Assembly: GCA_965221905.1 (NCBI GenBank)
Contig: OZ244922.1
Span: 1,984,001-2,048,000 of the forward strand
Reading direction: 5' to 3'
From: Chloroflexota bacterium
Lineage (GTDB): Bacteria > Chloroflexota > UBA11872 > VXOZ01
DNA: 64,000 bases
The stretch's first letter is position 1. Each line of letters opens with the position of its first letter. The translations under genes and the position numbers were made by a program. Below, in pieces: positions 9,206 to 18,590 of this stretch. The notes under the pieces are model-generated. The model saw only the letters and a program-made list of their open reading frames with translations, had not been told where the DNA came from and did no database searches.

Positions 9206-11029
9206 TCAACCCGATTGCTGTGGCGCCGGGGCTGCCTGCTCCCCAGGAGGCAATTCCTTTGTACCCACCACCCAGCGTTCCTGCCAGGGCCGGTAGCGGC
9301 TCCTGAATTGATCGAAACGGCTGCCTCCATCCGCAACAATCTCTCGTTGAATCTCCGTTTCGACGCCGTCCGCAGCCCACTCGACTTGCCGGCGCTCGCC
9401 AAGAGGTAGATCGGGGTCCAGCTTGTCGGGCAAAGGCTCTCCGTGGGGAACCCAGTTCTTGGCAACTGCGGGCAGCATGCGCACCCCGCGACTCGTGGCT
9501 TGGCCATGGAACACAAACTTTAGAGTCATTTCCTTTTCGTCAATGTGTGTCTGAATGAGGATCGGTTGGTCGGAGTCGTTGACGAACTTGAGGTCTAGGC
9601 CGGGGTCATAGACCGCAGCATCAAACCCCGGCGGACTGCCGTCACGCTCGTAATAGCCGACGCGGTAGGAGTGCTGATTGCGTTCTGTGATTGGCAAGCC
9701 GGCCCAGAAAGCCGCTCGGAACATCGTGGTGGAGACCTGGCAAACGCCTCCACCGACGCCGGGAACTGTTTGATCACCGAAGATAATGAGACTGGCTTGG
9801 TAGCCGTCTTCGCGCGTAATCGGGCCGAGCACGTCTAAGAAGGAAAACGTCTCGCCCGGTGGGACTACGTAACCATGAAGCTTAAGCGCTGCTAATGCAA
9901 TGTTGTGGGCGCGCTCAGGCGGTGAATCGGCAAACAATGAGGTGCCCTCCGCAATGATGTTGTCGAAACCCCATTCCCGCATATTCTCCGCCGTGTAGAC
10001 TGGTTCTCGCACCTCGGCTGGGAGATAGAGGCCCGTCACCCCTTGCTGTATCGCGGCTTGCGCCGTGGCAATAAGCGTGTCGGTATCGGTCTGAAAGCCT
10101 ATCTCAGCAGGCGCATCCAGCGTAATGTCACCATCGCGAACGGAAAATCGTGCATTCTTTGGGGGCCGGGTCGCTTCTGTGGACACCTGATCAAGCCATT
10201 CCTTGAGCATCTTTGGCTCTCCCATGATCTCAAGCCGCCCTTGCTCAGGATCTTGTAAAATCTGTATCCAAGAATTCAGCGTGGTCCCTGGAACCTGCCA
10301 TGCGTCACCCGCAAGCTCAAAGCGCAATCCCTGGGCCACGAGACGTTCAAAGACCGACTTTACCTCTTCTGCTTTCTGCAGAGTAATCGGAGGGATAAGA
10401 GTTTCGACGGGCAATTCGATTGCCTGTCGCAGCGGCGGGTCCGCGGGAAGCTTCATTAATTGAAGCGTTGCGTCGCGATCCAGCCACTTGCCCTCTTCAC
10501 CAGGCATGAGACGCACTTGGTCTGCTTGACGATCGAGCAACGAGTTTACAGGCTGACGGTCAATTCGTTCGGCGATCGCATTCAAAAATTGCAGTGCTAC
10601 CGCGGAGTTCAGGTAAACCGGCATTTCTACGTAGTTGCGTGAATGCAGTCCTAAGAACCATAGCCACATGCGCCGTCTTTCCGACGCAAACACGTCCTCA
10701 ACTGCTTTCTCAATATCTACGATAATCCCGATTTCCTCTGCCGAGGGTATCCACGTAGTACCTTCGTAACCAAGTTCTACCGGGCTTTTGATGTAATCGC
10801 TCCACAGTGCCGTCACCCTAGCGTTTGCCTCTTCTACGGATAAGCCGGAAATGTCGACAGAGCCAATGGACGCCCCAGGCAACGCGTATCTGCCCGCCTG
10901 AGCGCGCAGCACGCCATATGCCGAGCCACCGGCGAGAGCGGCAAGCGGAACTGCGCCAGCTTTCATGAGCAGCCGCCGGGAAATCATCCGAGAGTTCTTC
11001 TTCCAGGCGAACCGTGACTGCATTGACAT
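9206..11029 (-). CDS. VanW family protein with putative peptidoglycan-binding (PG_binding_4-like) repeats and Tat-like signal
   Basis: RAHNI..A..LHG..VPPGETFSF, GGGVCQVSTTMFRAA, ERNQHSY, DLKFVNDS; SRRLLMK N-terminus; exact start uncertain. Confidence 0.88.
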   Translation of the reverse strand: MSMQSRFAWKKNSRMISRRLLMKAGAVPLAALAGGSAYGVLRAQAGRYALPGASIGSVDISGLSVEEANARVTALWSDYIKSPVELGYEGTTWIPSAEEIGIIVDIEKAVEDVFASERRRMWLWFLGLHSRNYVEMPVYLNSAVALQFLNAIAERIDRQPVNSLLDRQADQVRLMPGEEGKWLDRDATLQLMKLPADPPLRQAIELPVETLIPPITLQKAEEVKSVFERLVAQGLRFELAGDAWQVPGTTLNSWIQILQDPEQGRLEIMGEPKMLKEWLDQVSTEATRPPKNARFSVRDGDITLDAPAEIGFQTDTDTLIATAQAAIQQGVTGLYLPAEVREPVYTAENMREWGFDNIIAEGTSLFADSPPERAHNIALAALKLHGYVVPPGETFSFLDVLGPITREDGYQASLIIFGDQTVPGVGGGVCQVSTTMFRAAFWAGLPITERNQHSYRVGYYERDGSPPGFDAAVYDPGLDLKFVNDSDQPILIQTHIDEKEMTLKFVFHGQATSRGVRMLPAVAKNWVPHGEPLPDKLDPDLPLGERRQVEWAADGVETEIQREIVADGGSRFDQFRSRYRPWQERWVVGTKELPPGEQAAPAPQQSG

Positions 11030-11900
11030 GCTAGGGCTCCAGAACGAAATCTTTCGGTTCTGTTTTCATCGAAACGAGCGTACCGTTAGTCGATACGGGC
11101 TGGTGACTTGCCATGGCTCTAAGGGCCGCGCCGACGGCTGTGCTTTCGTATCCACTACAGAATCGCATTTGTCGGCAAGCAGCCGCATTCACCATTCTAA
11201 ATGTTGAGTAGAGAGTCCTTTTCTTCTTTGTCTCTAAGCAAGAGTGAAACAAGGGCATTCGGAATAGTCAGACGGTAAGGTCGGAAAATAGGCTGAGGTA
11301 AGCAACGTTGGGCAATCGGTGGTTGACGATGAGACGAGTCTGGAAACTGCCAAAGCGCGCGCGTGAGTGCGCCTCGCGCAGGCCGAACTGTCCACGGGGA
11401 TCTGTCGCGGTAGAAAAAAGACAGGGCACTTCGGTGCATGCGCGGGACTGCGACGGCACCACTTGCTCTGCCATGTGATCCAGAAAGCAAGGTAAGCCAC
11501 TTTTGCCACGCCATATTGACTTTCCTCGCCATTGAGGCTCCGTGGTCTCCTTACTTCCTACAATATTATAGCACCTCCCCATAAGAAAGTGTCTTGTCCG
11601 ACATATTGACCAATTTTCAGGTAGTTTTCTCGAAGCAAGTTATTGCAATACTGTGCGCCCTTCGGGCACCCTCACCTGCTAGACCTAAACAGCGTATGCA
11701 GACAATTTCAACAACCTCGAGAATATTATTGAAACAGTCGATACACACATTCAATAAACTTGACTAACGCTAAGTATCCTCTCAGGAATTCATGTCAATG
11801 TAGAGGGGAACAGCCATATCGGATTTGTTAGGGCTGTCAACATAAAGAGGAGCCGGAACTAGTAGACCTAGGCTTGAAGCCTTTGCGAGGCAGCGGTTCT

Positions 11901-11931
11901 TGTCATTCCGAGCGCAGCGAGGAATCTAGAG
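11901..11931 (+). repeat. REP-like palindromic repeat (TGTCATTCCGAGCGCAGCGAGGAATCT family)
   Basis: Near-identical inverted copy at 12879-12909 and a partial inverted copy at about 11943-11963. Confidence 0.8.
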
Positions 11932-12452
11932 TCGGACGCTTTCTAGTTTCCTCGCTGCGCTCCCCAAAGTGGCAGTTTGAGGGTCAGGCTTAGGCCTAGG
12001 TACGGCCACGTGTCTTGCATGTGACCCATCTAAGCCCAAAGCTACTAATTCCGAGAGGAGCATTGGGGAGCTTTCCTCTGCAAGATGGCCTGCGCGGCCG
12101 AACGCTAGCGGCTGCACCGAAGCCGGCTATGGAGGCGCCGCGCAATGCCGCAGGGCATGGCCGCAAGAGTCCGATGGTGTGTAGTGCGAATACGCTCTTT
12201 GGTGCGGAATCTGCCACTTGGAGTCCTTTGCGTGACCCCTTCCCCCTTGTGGAAAATGGACGCGCGGGGCTACAAGGCCTGCCTGCAGGGCGAGCAATGG
12301 TTAATGTCTTTGAGGCGCTGGTGGGAGGTGACGACGTGGCAACACCGTCACGAGTATTCCGCACCGTAACCGCATGGCGGATATGAGGTAAGAATGACAA
12401 GCCTTCGGCAGCGCTCCACCAAGTTTGAGCTGCACCCTTGAATCGTCTCGCT

Positions 12453-12848
12453 CTAATCGAAGACGGCAATCGCATCTATCTCGACCAGCCAGTCTTCACC
12501 AGACAGCGAACCGATCTGCACCATGGTGGCTGTGGGATATGGGGCCTCAAAGATCTCATTGCGGATGCCGGTGACGACGGCGCGATAGCGGATGTCTGTG
12601 ACGTACATATTAAGGTGCGCCACGTTCGCCAGTGAGCCGCCTGCTGCCTGGCAAAGCGCCTCGATATTGGCATAGACCTTGCGCGATTGGGCCTCGATGT
12701 CGCCCTTTCCAACCAGATTGCCATTCTCGTCCAGCGGAAATTGGCCGGCAATGAAGAGGAGGCGCTTGCCGCCTTCAATCATCAGGCCCTGTGAAAAGTT
12801 GCTGAAAGGCGGGCAGACACCCTCGCCTAGGATCGTAGTCTTTTCCAA
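12453..12848 (-). CDS. RidA/YjgF/UK114 family protein
   Basis: LFIAGQFP, GDIEAQ, GGSLANV, YPTATMVQI, WLVEIDAIAV; TTG start at 12848 with AGGAG RBS. Confidence 0.9.
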   Translation of the reverse strand: MEKTTILGEGVCPPFSNFSQGLMIEGGKRLLFIAGQFPLDENGNLVGKGDIEAQSRKVYANIEALCQAAGGSLANVAHLNMYVTDIRYRAVVTGIRNEIFEAPYPTATMVQIGSLSGEDWLVEIDAIAVFD

Positions 12849-12878
12849 TTTAATGCTCCTTGAACTGCTGAAAGCCGG

Positions 12879-12909
12879 CTCTAGATTTCTCGCTGCGCTC
12901 GAAATGACA
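12879..12909 (-). repeat. REP-like repeat, inverted copy of 11901-11931
   Basis: Reverse complement TGTCATTTCGAGCGCAGCGAGAAATCTAGAG; 2 differences from the first copy. Confidence 0.8.
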
Positions 12910-12972
12910 TTAAGTGTCTCCAAATGACACTAATTGCCAATAGAAGAGACTGAGGAAGGCTGCCAACAAGGA

Positions 12973-13002
12973 TTCGCCCCCTCTTTCTTCAGAGGGGGCG
13001 AA
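12973..13002 (-). terminator. Hairpin downstream of SBP gene (probable intrinsic terminator)
   Basis: TTCGCCCCCTCT-ttcttc-AGAGGGGGCGAA, 12-bp stem. Confidence 0.65.
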
Positions 13003-13036
13003 CATCTGACCAGAATTACACCAAGAAGGACGAGCC

Positions 13037-14470
13037 TTAACCCTTATTGGCGTAGTACTCGTCAATCATCGCCTGCATGATCTTGCCGGCGCTTTGCATG
13101 GCGTCCGCGACGGTCATTTCCTGCTTCCACGCCATGTTCATGTGGTCCAAGTAGACCCGGCGAATATCAACATAGTTGGGGTAGATTTGCGTCATGAAGC
13201 CATTGCCCTCGCCAATCGGCTCCGTGATTGGGGTCAACTCGCGCGGCGGACGCGCCTTCTGCTCCGCCAAGCGCGGGTCGTCCCAGGCCGACCTGATTAC
13301 GGGCATGCCGTAATTGAGCAACGTGGTGACGCCGACCTGCACCTCAAGATCGGTGCTGACGAACTTTATCAGTTCCCACGTGGCGTCCGGATACTTGGCG
13401 CCCGACCACATGTACTGCACCGGCGTGTAGCTGCCCACTGCATCCGAGTGAGTGCTCTTGACGGTGTGGGCCGGGAAGCGCCGCGCTTTGACCGGCAATT
13501 CCTCGACGCCCGGCACGTTCCAGCCAGATTCAGTGTTGAACCACGTGTGGAATACCGCAGCGCGCTGGTGCACAAACGGTGAATCACGACGTTGTTCCGC
13601 CGGAATGGTGTCATTGAGCGCCGCAACGTCGTCCCTGGTCGGCTTCACGCGGTACCTAAACTCAAGGTCATACAGGAACTGTATGACGTCAATGAACTCC
13701 GGTTCGTGCAGCCGGAAACGGGAGTAGTCGTCACTGACGAAATTCGTGCCGTTTTGGATCAGCATCGTCGGCACTTCGGTGGTGGAGTCATTGCGACTAT
13801 AGAAGCCCCAAATGGGATTCTGATCGGCGCTGGAACGCTGGGTGATCTCGCGCGCTATCTCGAGCAATTCGCCGCCATCACTGGGATTCCAGCTTTTCGG
13901 CGGTTCGTTGATGCCGAACTTGTCGAGAAGGGCCGTGTTGTAGATTTGGATAGTAGCCAGCACGCCGTAGGGGAACGTCCATAGCTTGCCTTCCGGGTCC
14001 TGCAGCCAATCGATTCCCACCACGTCGGCAAGCGCTGCCGCATCACGCTGGACAAAGGGCGATAGGTCAGCTATATAGCCGGCGTCCCGATACTGAGGAT
14101 AGCGGGTGGGTTCCGGACCGAGGATGTCCGGCGACGACCCGGCAGCGAGTTCGACGACCTGCTTTTCCATGAGCACCCGATACGCCATGGACTGCCAGTT
14201 GACCGTAATGTTGGGATGCAGCTCCTTGAACGGGCCAAGCACGAGGTCCTCGAACGCTCCAGCGTTCTCGTGGATATTCACGACCCAGTTAACACTGACC
14301 GTCGCCTCTTCCATCTTGGGCATGTCGTCAGACTTCGGCGCCTCGGCGGACTCTGGCGCAGCTGCCGGCGCCGCGACCTGGCCGCAGGCAGCCAGCGCAA
14401 CCATGGTACCCATGCCTGCCGTTGTTGCCATTAGTCTCCGACGCGTCATTAGAGTTCGCTGTCCAGTCAT
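13037..14470 (-). CDS. ABC-type extracellular solute-binding lipoprotein (family 1), Tat-exported
   Basis: TRRRLM twin-arginine, LAAC lipobox, F..HPNITV, IYNTALLDKFGINEPP, ATWELIKF. Confidence 0.85.
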   Translation of the reverse strand: MTGQRTLMTRRRLMATTAGMGTMVALAACGQVAAPAAAPESAEAPKSDDMPKMEEATVSVNWVVNIHENAGAFEDLVLGPFKELHPNITVNWQSMAYRVLMEKQVVELAAGSSPDILGPEPTRYPQYRDAGYIADLSPFVQRDAAALADVVGIDWLQDPEGKLWTFPYGVLATIQIYNTALLDKFGINEPPKSWNPSDGGELLEIAREITQRSSADQNPIWGFYSRNDSTTEVPTMLIQNGTNFVSDDYSRFRLHEPEFIDVIQFLYDLEFRYRVKPTRDDVAALNDTIPAEQRRDSPFVHQRAAVFHTWFNTESGWNVPGVEELPVKARRFPAHTVKSTHSDAVGSYTPVQYMWSGAKYPDATWELIKFVSTDLEVQVGVTTLLNYGMPVIRSAWDDPRLAEQKARPPRELTPITEPIGEGNGFMTQIYPNYVDIRRVYLDHMNMAWKQEMTVADAMQSAGKIMQAMIDEYYANKG

Positions 14471-14594
14471 TTTCTGCTGCCTCCGTACTCAAACCAATAC
14501 TACTCTTTTATGCCCATAGCGAGACTCTGAGTCACTAAAGGCGCAAACTACCGCGCCACTGCTCTAGGCCTCCTTTCCACCCGGCATTCGCTAG

Positions 14595-14638
14595 GCATGA
14601 CCTATCATTGACAACACTGTGTCAATGATAGGTCATGC
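14595..14638. repeat. Perfect 19-bp inverted repeat with 6-nt loop between the SBP paralogs
   Basis: GCATGACCTATCATTGACA-acactg-TGTCAATGATAGGTCATGC. Confidence 0.85.
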
Positions 14639-14676
14639 GGCATATAATTGCCAAGCGTCCTAGGAAAACAACTCTA

Positions 14677-16107
14677 CTACTGATTCGCCCAGTAGTCGTC
14701 AATCACGCCCTGCGTGTGCTTGCTGGCGTTCTGCATCGCTTCCTCAACCGTCAGCTTGTGCTCCCAGACCAGTTTTTTCTGCTCGTTGAAGAATCCCAAG
14801 TGCTCCCGCCAACCGGGGAAGATTTGGGTGATAAAGCCGCGGCCTTCCCGCAGCGGCGTGGCGATGGAGTCAATTTCCCGGGGCGGACGGGTCTTAGTCG
14901 CCACCAGACGGGGATCGTCCCACGCCTTTGCATTCGCCGACAGACCGTAGTTGAGCAGCGTCGTCACCGCCACACCGAACTCAATGTCCGACATGGCGAA
15001 CTTCATGAACTCCCAGACGGCATCCGGGTGTTTCGCACCGGACCACATGTACATGACCGCCGTCCAACCGGCAACCTTATCGGAAGTTGGCCCTCCTTTG
15101 CTGTTCTCCAGCATTGGTACAGCCTTCATGGGCAAGTTTTCCACGTCCGGGTGGGTCCAGCCGCTCTCGGCGTTGAACCAGGTATTGTTCATCGCCGCGC
15201 GCCCGTGCACAAAGAGCGCATCGCGATGCCGGCCCTCGCCCAGGGTCTCTACAAAGCCCGCCTTGTCTTCGGCAGTCGGCGCCACGCGGTACTTGAACTC
15301 CAGGTCGTACATGAACTGTATGGCCTCGATGAACTCGGGCTCGTGCATGGTTGCCCGCGTCAAGTCGTCGGAGAGGAAGTTGGCGCCGTTCTGAACGATG
15401 TAGGTACTCATTTCGGTTGTGTAGTCAGCGCCAGAGAAGATTCCCCAAATCGGGTCTGGATCGCTACTGGACCGACTTGTAATCTCCCGCGCTACGTCCA
15501 GGTACTCGCCGCCGTCGTGGGGGTTCCATGTACGGGGCGGCTCGCTGATGCCATACTTGTCGAAGATGGACGTATTGTAGATGTGGATGGTGCCGAGCGC
15601 CGTATAGGGCATGGACCAGAAGCGCCCCTGCGGGTCAATGATCCAATCAAGCGCCACGGTGTCTCCGAGTTGACTCTGGTCGCGCTTGTAGAGGTCGGTG
15701 ACTTCCCGCACAAACCCCTTGTCCGTCCACTCAATCCACCGGGTTGGATCGGGAGTGAGAATGTCGATGGCCTCATTGGCGGCCAGTTCAGCCAGCATCT
15801 TGTCGTAATGCGCTCGGTACGGCGAGCCCTCGTACTTGAGGTCGATGTCGGGATGCATCTCCCTGAACCGGTTAATAACCCCGTCCTCAAAGGCTTGCGC
15901 GTTCTCCGCGACGTTTACGATCCAGCGCACGTTGACGGTTGCGGGTTCCATCTTGGGAGTGTCTTCAGCCTGCGGCGCCTCACCGGCTTCCGGTTCTGCG
16001 GCCGGAGCCTGGACTTGGCCGCAGGCTGCTGCAAGGGCCGCGGCGCTCAGGCCCGCCGAAACACCGAGAAACCGCCGCCGACTCAGACCGATGTCTGTAG
16101 AACTCAT
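14677..16107 (-). CDS. ABC-type extracellular solute-binding lipoprotein (family 1), paralog of 13037-14470
   Basis: SRRRFL Tat motif, LAAAC lipobox; colinear with neighbour (WNPHDGGE, HEPEFIEAIQFMYDLEFKYRV, TTLLNYG). Confidence 0.85.
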   Translation of the reverse strand: MSSTDIGLSRRRFLGVSAGLSAAALAAACGQVQAPAAEPEAGEAPQAEDTPKMEPATVNVRWIVNVAENAQAFEDGVINRFREMHPDIDLKYEGSPYRAHYDKMLAELAANEAIDILTPDPTRWIEWTDKGFVREVTDLYKRDQSQLGDTVALDWIIDPQGRFWSMPYTALGTIHIYNTSIFDKYGISEPPRTWNPHDGGEYLDVAREITSRSSSDPDPIWGIFSGADYTTEMSTYIVQNGANFLSDDLTRATMHEPEFIEAIQFMYDLEFKYRVAPTAEDKAGFVETLGEGRHRDALFVHGRAAMNNTWFNAESGWTHPDVENLPMKAVPMLENSKGGPTSDKVAGWTAVMYMWSGAKHPDAVWEFMKFAMSDIEFGVAVTTLLNYGLSANAKAWDDPRLVATKTRPPREIDSIATPLREGRGFITQIFPGWREHLGFFNEQKKLVWEHKLTVEEAMQNASKHTQGVIDDYWANQ

Positions 16108-16186
16108 GCCTTACCTCCCAGTAAATACAGTACTGACGACTATTTCACATGACACTCTCAAAGGCGCTCTAAGCCACTACCTCCTT

Positions 16187-17029
16187 CTACACGCAATCTG
16201 ATCGATCTTGGGAGAGTGCCTCTCTTAAGTCCTTTCCGGTAGCAGTGAGTGCACCGCCAATCTCCAGCCAGTGAATAAATGCCTTAGTTATAAGGTTTTC
16301 ATCGGTGGACCATGCCGTCTCCGAAGCGGCCGTACAGTCTCGCAATACAATGGCGCGATAGCGGTTGCGGGTCTGCAGGATGCCGCCCGGCTTCATGAGA
16401 AGACAGAAGTTCAAAAGGAAGCCCACATAGACGAGATTGAGAATCTTGTGCTCCGCCAAAAAGCGCTCGATCTGTTGAGGCTGCGAAAATAGGTGGTCGC
16501 GCGGGTCCGGCTTCACACAATCGGCAAAGTCGTAGTTTGCCTGGATTTTGCTCCAGGGTTCCCTATAGCCTGCGCCAAAGACCGTGCTGTGGTATTCGGT
16601 CAGCAGTTCTTTGCGGAATTCGGGCGGCGGCCAGTCGAGGGTATCGTTGTCCGCTTGCGCCGGGGCGGGCTCAGGCGGCTCCGCCCAGGGATAGCGTGCC
16701 AGGACTTGGCGCGGTTCGTTGTGGATGACCGGCACGCCGGCTTCACGCGCCGCCTCCAACGCGGGCACGATCTCTTCTTCCATGATCTTGCCGGCCCGCT
16801 TTGCCACGCCGTGCCCGCCCATATAGTTGTATTCCCAGTATTTCTCCACACCGGGGATCACGGGCTCGCCATCGCCACCTAAGTTCCACATGTCAATGGC
16901 GACTACGGCCGTGTTCGTGCTATCAAGCTCCACCGTTTTGTGTACGTGACCGTAATTGCGGTCGTCGTACGCCTGCCCGGGCAGCGGGTAGACCCGATAG
17001 GAGCGCACCGGCAATTGAAACGTTACCAT
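16187..17029 (-). CDS. Isochorismatase-like cysteine hydrolase
   Basis: TAVVAIDMW, AAREAGVPVIH, LVYVGFLLNFCL (putative catalytic Cys), IVLRDCTAA. Confidence 0.75.
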   Translation of the reverse strand: MVTFQLPVRSYRVYPLPGQAYDDRNYGHVHKTVELDSTNTAVVAIDMWNLGGDGEPVIPGVEKYWEYNYMGGHGVAKRAGKIMEEEIVPALEAAREAGVPVIHNEPRQVLARYPWAEPPEPAPAQADNDTLDWPPPEFRKELLTEYHSTVFGAGYREPWSKIQANYDFADCVKPDPRDHLFSQPQQIERFLAEHKILNLVYVGFLLNFCLLMKPGGILQTRNRYRAIVLRDCTAASETAWSTDENLITKAFIHWLEIGGALTATGKDLREALSQDRSDCV

Positions 17030-17115
17030 GAGTGATTTCCCCCACGCGCAAGTTTTTCTCAAACAGGTCTTCGCCTAGGACTCACCTTACGGGTGCATCA
17101 TTCAGCACAAGATCA

Positions 17116-17243
17116 CCCTTCGACAGGCTCAGGGCGAACGGTTAAGGACAGCTCATTGGCAGTTCAAGAAGCCCCTTCATGCTGAGCGTGTCGCCCGTTC
17201 GTGCTGAGCTTGCCTGTCCTGAGCCTGTCGAAGGGTCGAAGCA
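17116..17243. repeat. Cluster of CTTCGACAGGCTCAG-type palindromic repeats (one forward copy, three nested reverse copies)
   Basis: CCCTTCGACAGGCTCAGGGCGAACGG at 17116-17141; nested copies at 17173-17243; another copy at 47043-47069. Confidence 0.8.
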
Positions 17244-17279
17244 CCTCTTGGCCTGCTGAGCGGGAACACGAGCTTCACA

Positions 17280-18578
17280 TCAGTACGGCCGATTAAACGG
17301 TATCGTAGCCGCAGCAACCTCATCGGAAACGCGGCCGGCATCCCGCGCGCGCCGTAGATCGAGCAGCGTATCCTCCACCGCTTCCAAGGTCTCCGCCACG
17401 TCCTCATCGCTGTGCGCGTACAATACGTTGTTCCAACCGCCTTTGAGCATCACCCCCCGCTTGGCCAGCCCGGTATAGAAGAACGTCCCGGCGTCGGCAG
17501 GCAGCGGTTGATCGTTGCCGCCAATAAACCGAATACCGAATAGCGCCGGCGGGCCGAATGACTCCATGGGGATCCCCACACGATGCGAGACCTCTTCCAC
17601 ACCGTCCATGACGGCCTGGGAGATGCGGTTGATGTGCCCCGCCACGTCCTCGTCGCGGCAGATTTGCAGAGTGGCAATGCCCGCCGCAAGAGAGAGAGTC
17701 TCTCCACCAAACGTCAGACTGATCAAACAGTCGGCAGTCTTTTCCATAATGTCGCGCCTGCCAGCCACCGCGCCCAGTGTCATGCCGTTGGCCATGCCCT
17801 TGGCGTAGGTTGCAATATCCGGTTCCACACCGTAGTACTCCTGCGCGCCACCCAGGGCAAAGCGGAAGCCGGTCATACACTCGTCGTAGATCACGAGCGC
17901 TCCGTGCCGGTGTGCGAGGTCCTTGAGGTCCTGCAGGAAGCCCGGCTCCGGCTCCTTGGCCGGTTCCGCGCAATCAAAGGAGACGGCGGCGACTTTGCCG
18001 TCGTTGAGCGCGAAGAGTTCTTCCAAGTGGTCAAGGTCGTTGAAGCGGAACTGCTGATTAAGCGCGTGGAATGCAGCCGGCATGCCGCCGTCGTTGCGCC
18101 AGTAATTCCATTCGTCCGCCCACCCACGATAGCCGTTGTTAAGAATGATCTCGCGCTTGGTATACGCGCGAGCAATGCGCGTGGCGCATAAATTTACGTC
18201 CACGCCGCCCTTGAGGAATCGCACCATTTCAGAACAAGGCACGACCTCGTTCACGAGCTTGGCGCACTCGATCTCCGGCTCGGAGGGGGTGCTGAAGAGC
18301 ATGCCTTTCTCAAGTTGCTCCGCAACTGCCCGGTCAACTTCCGGGTAACAATAGCCCAGCAATACACCCCCGGACGCGCCGTAGTAGTCAATGTAGCTAT
18401 TGCCGTTCACGTCCCAAAGCCGGGAGCCCTTGCCATGGGACATGAATATGGGCATGGCGCCATAGGACGCGGGATTTGGGCGCTTCCCTTTGGTCTGCGA
18501 GCCGCCGGGCATGAGCCGCACGGCCTCCTCATAGAGATCAACGGAACGAGAAACGTCGAGCTTAGTTGCGCTGGCCAT
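17280..18578 (-). CDS. Class-III PLP aminotransferase (glutamate-1-semialdehyde aminomutase-like)
   Basis: GKGSRLWDVNGNSYID, LVIYDECMTGFR, PDIATYAKGMANG (PLP Lys). Confidence 0.88.
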   Translation of the reverse strand: MASATKLDVSRSVDLYEEAVRLMPGGSQTKGKRPNPASYGAMPIFMSHGKGSRLWDVNGNSYIDYYGASGGVLLGYCYPEVDRAVAEQLEKGMLFSTPSEPEIECAKLVNEVVPCSEMVRFLKGGVDVNLCATRIARAYTKREIILNNGYRGWADEWNYWRNDGGMPAAFHALNQQFRFNDLDHLEELFALNDGKVAAVSFDCAEPAKEPEPGFLQDLKDLAHRHGALVIYDECMTGFRFALGGAQEYYGVEPDIATYAKGMANGMTLGAVAGRRDIMEKTADCLISLTFGGETLSLAAGIATLQICRDEDVAGHINRISQAVMDGVEEVSHRVGIPMESFGPPALFGIRFIGGNDQPLPADAGTFFYTGLAKRGVMLKGGWNNVLYAHSDEDVAETLEAVEDTLLDLRRARDAGRVSDEVAAATIPFNRPY

Positions 18579-18590
18579 AGAGCACTCCCT

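Noticed and set aside
9206-11029. Vancomycin resistance locus
   Set aside because: VanW domains are widespread, and there is no vanHAX or vanRS
14635-16152. 505-aa plus-strand ORF (also 19550-20476 and 21808-22806)
   Set aside because: Antisense shadows of well-supported minus-strand genes, with no family motifs
17280-18578. hemL
   Set aside because: Lacks HemL signatures such as PGGVNSPVR and SGTEA; no hem genes nearby
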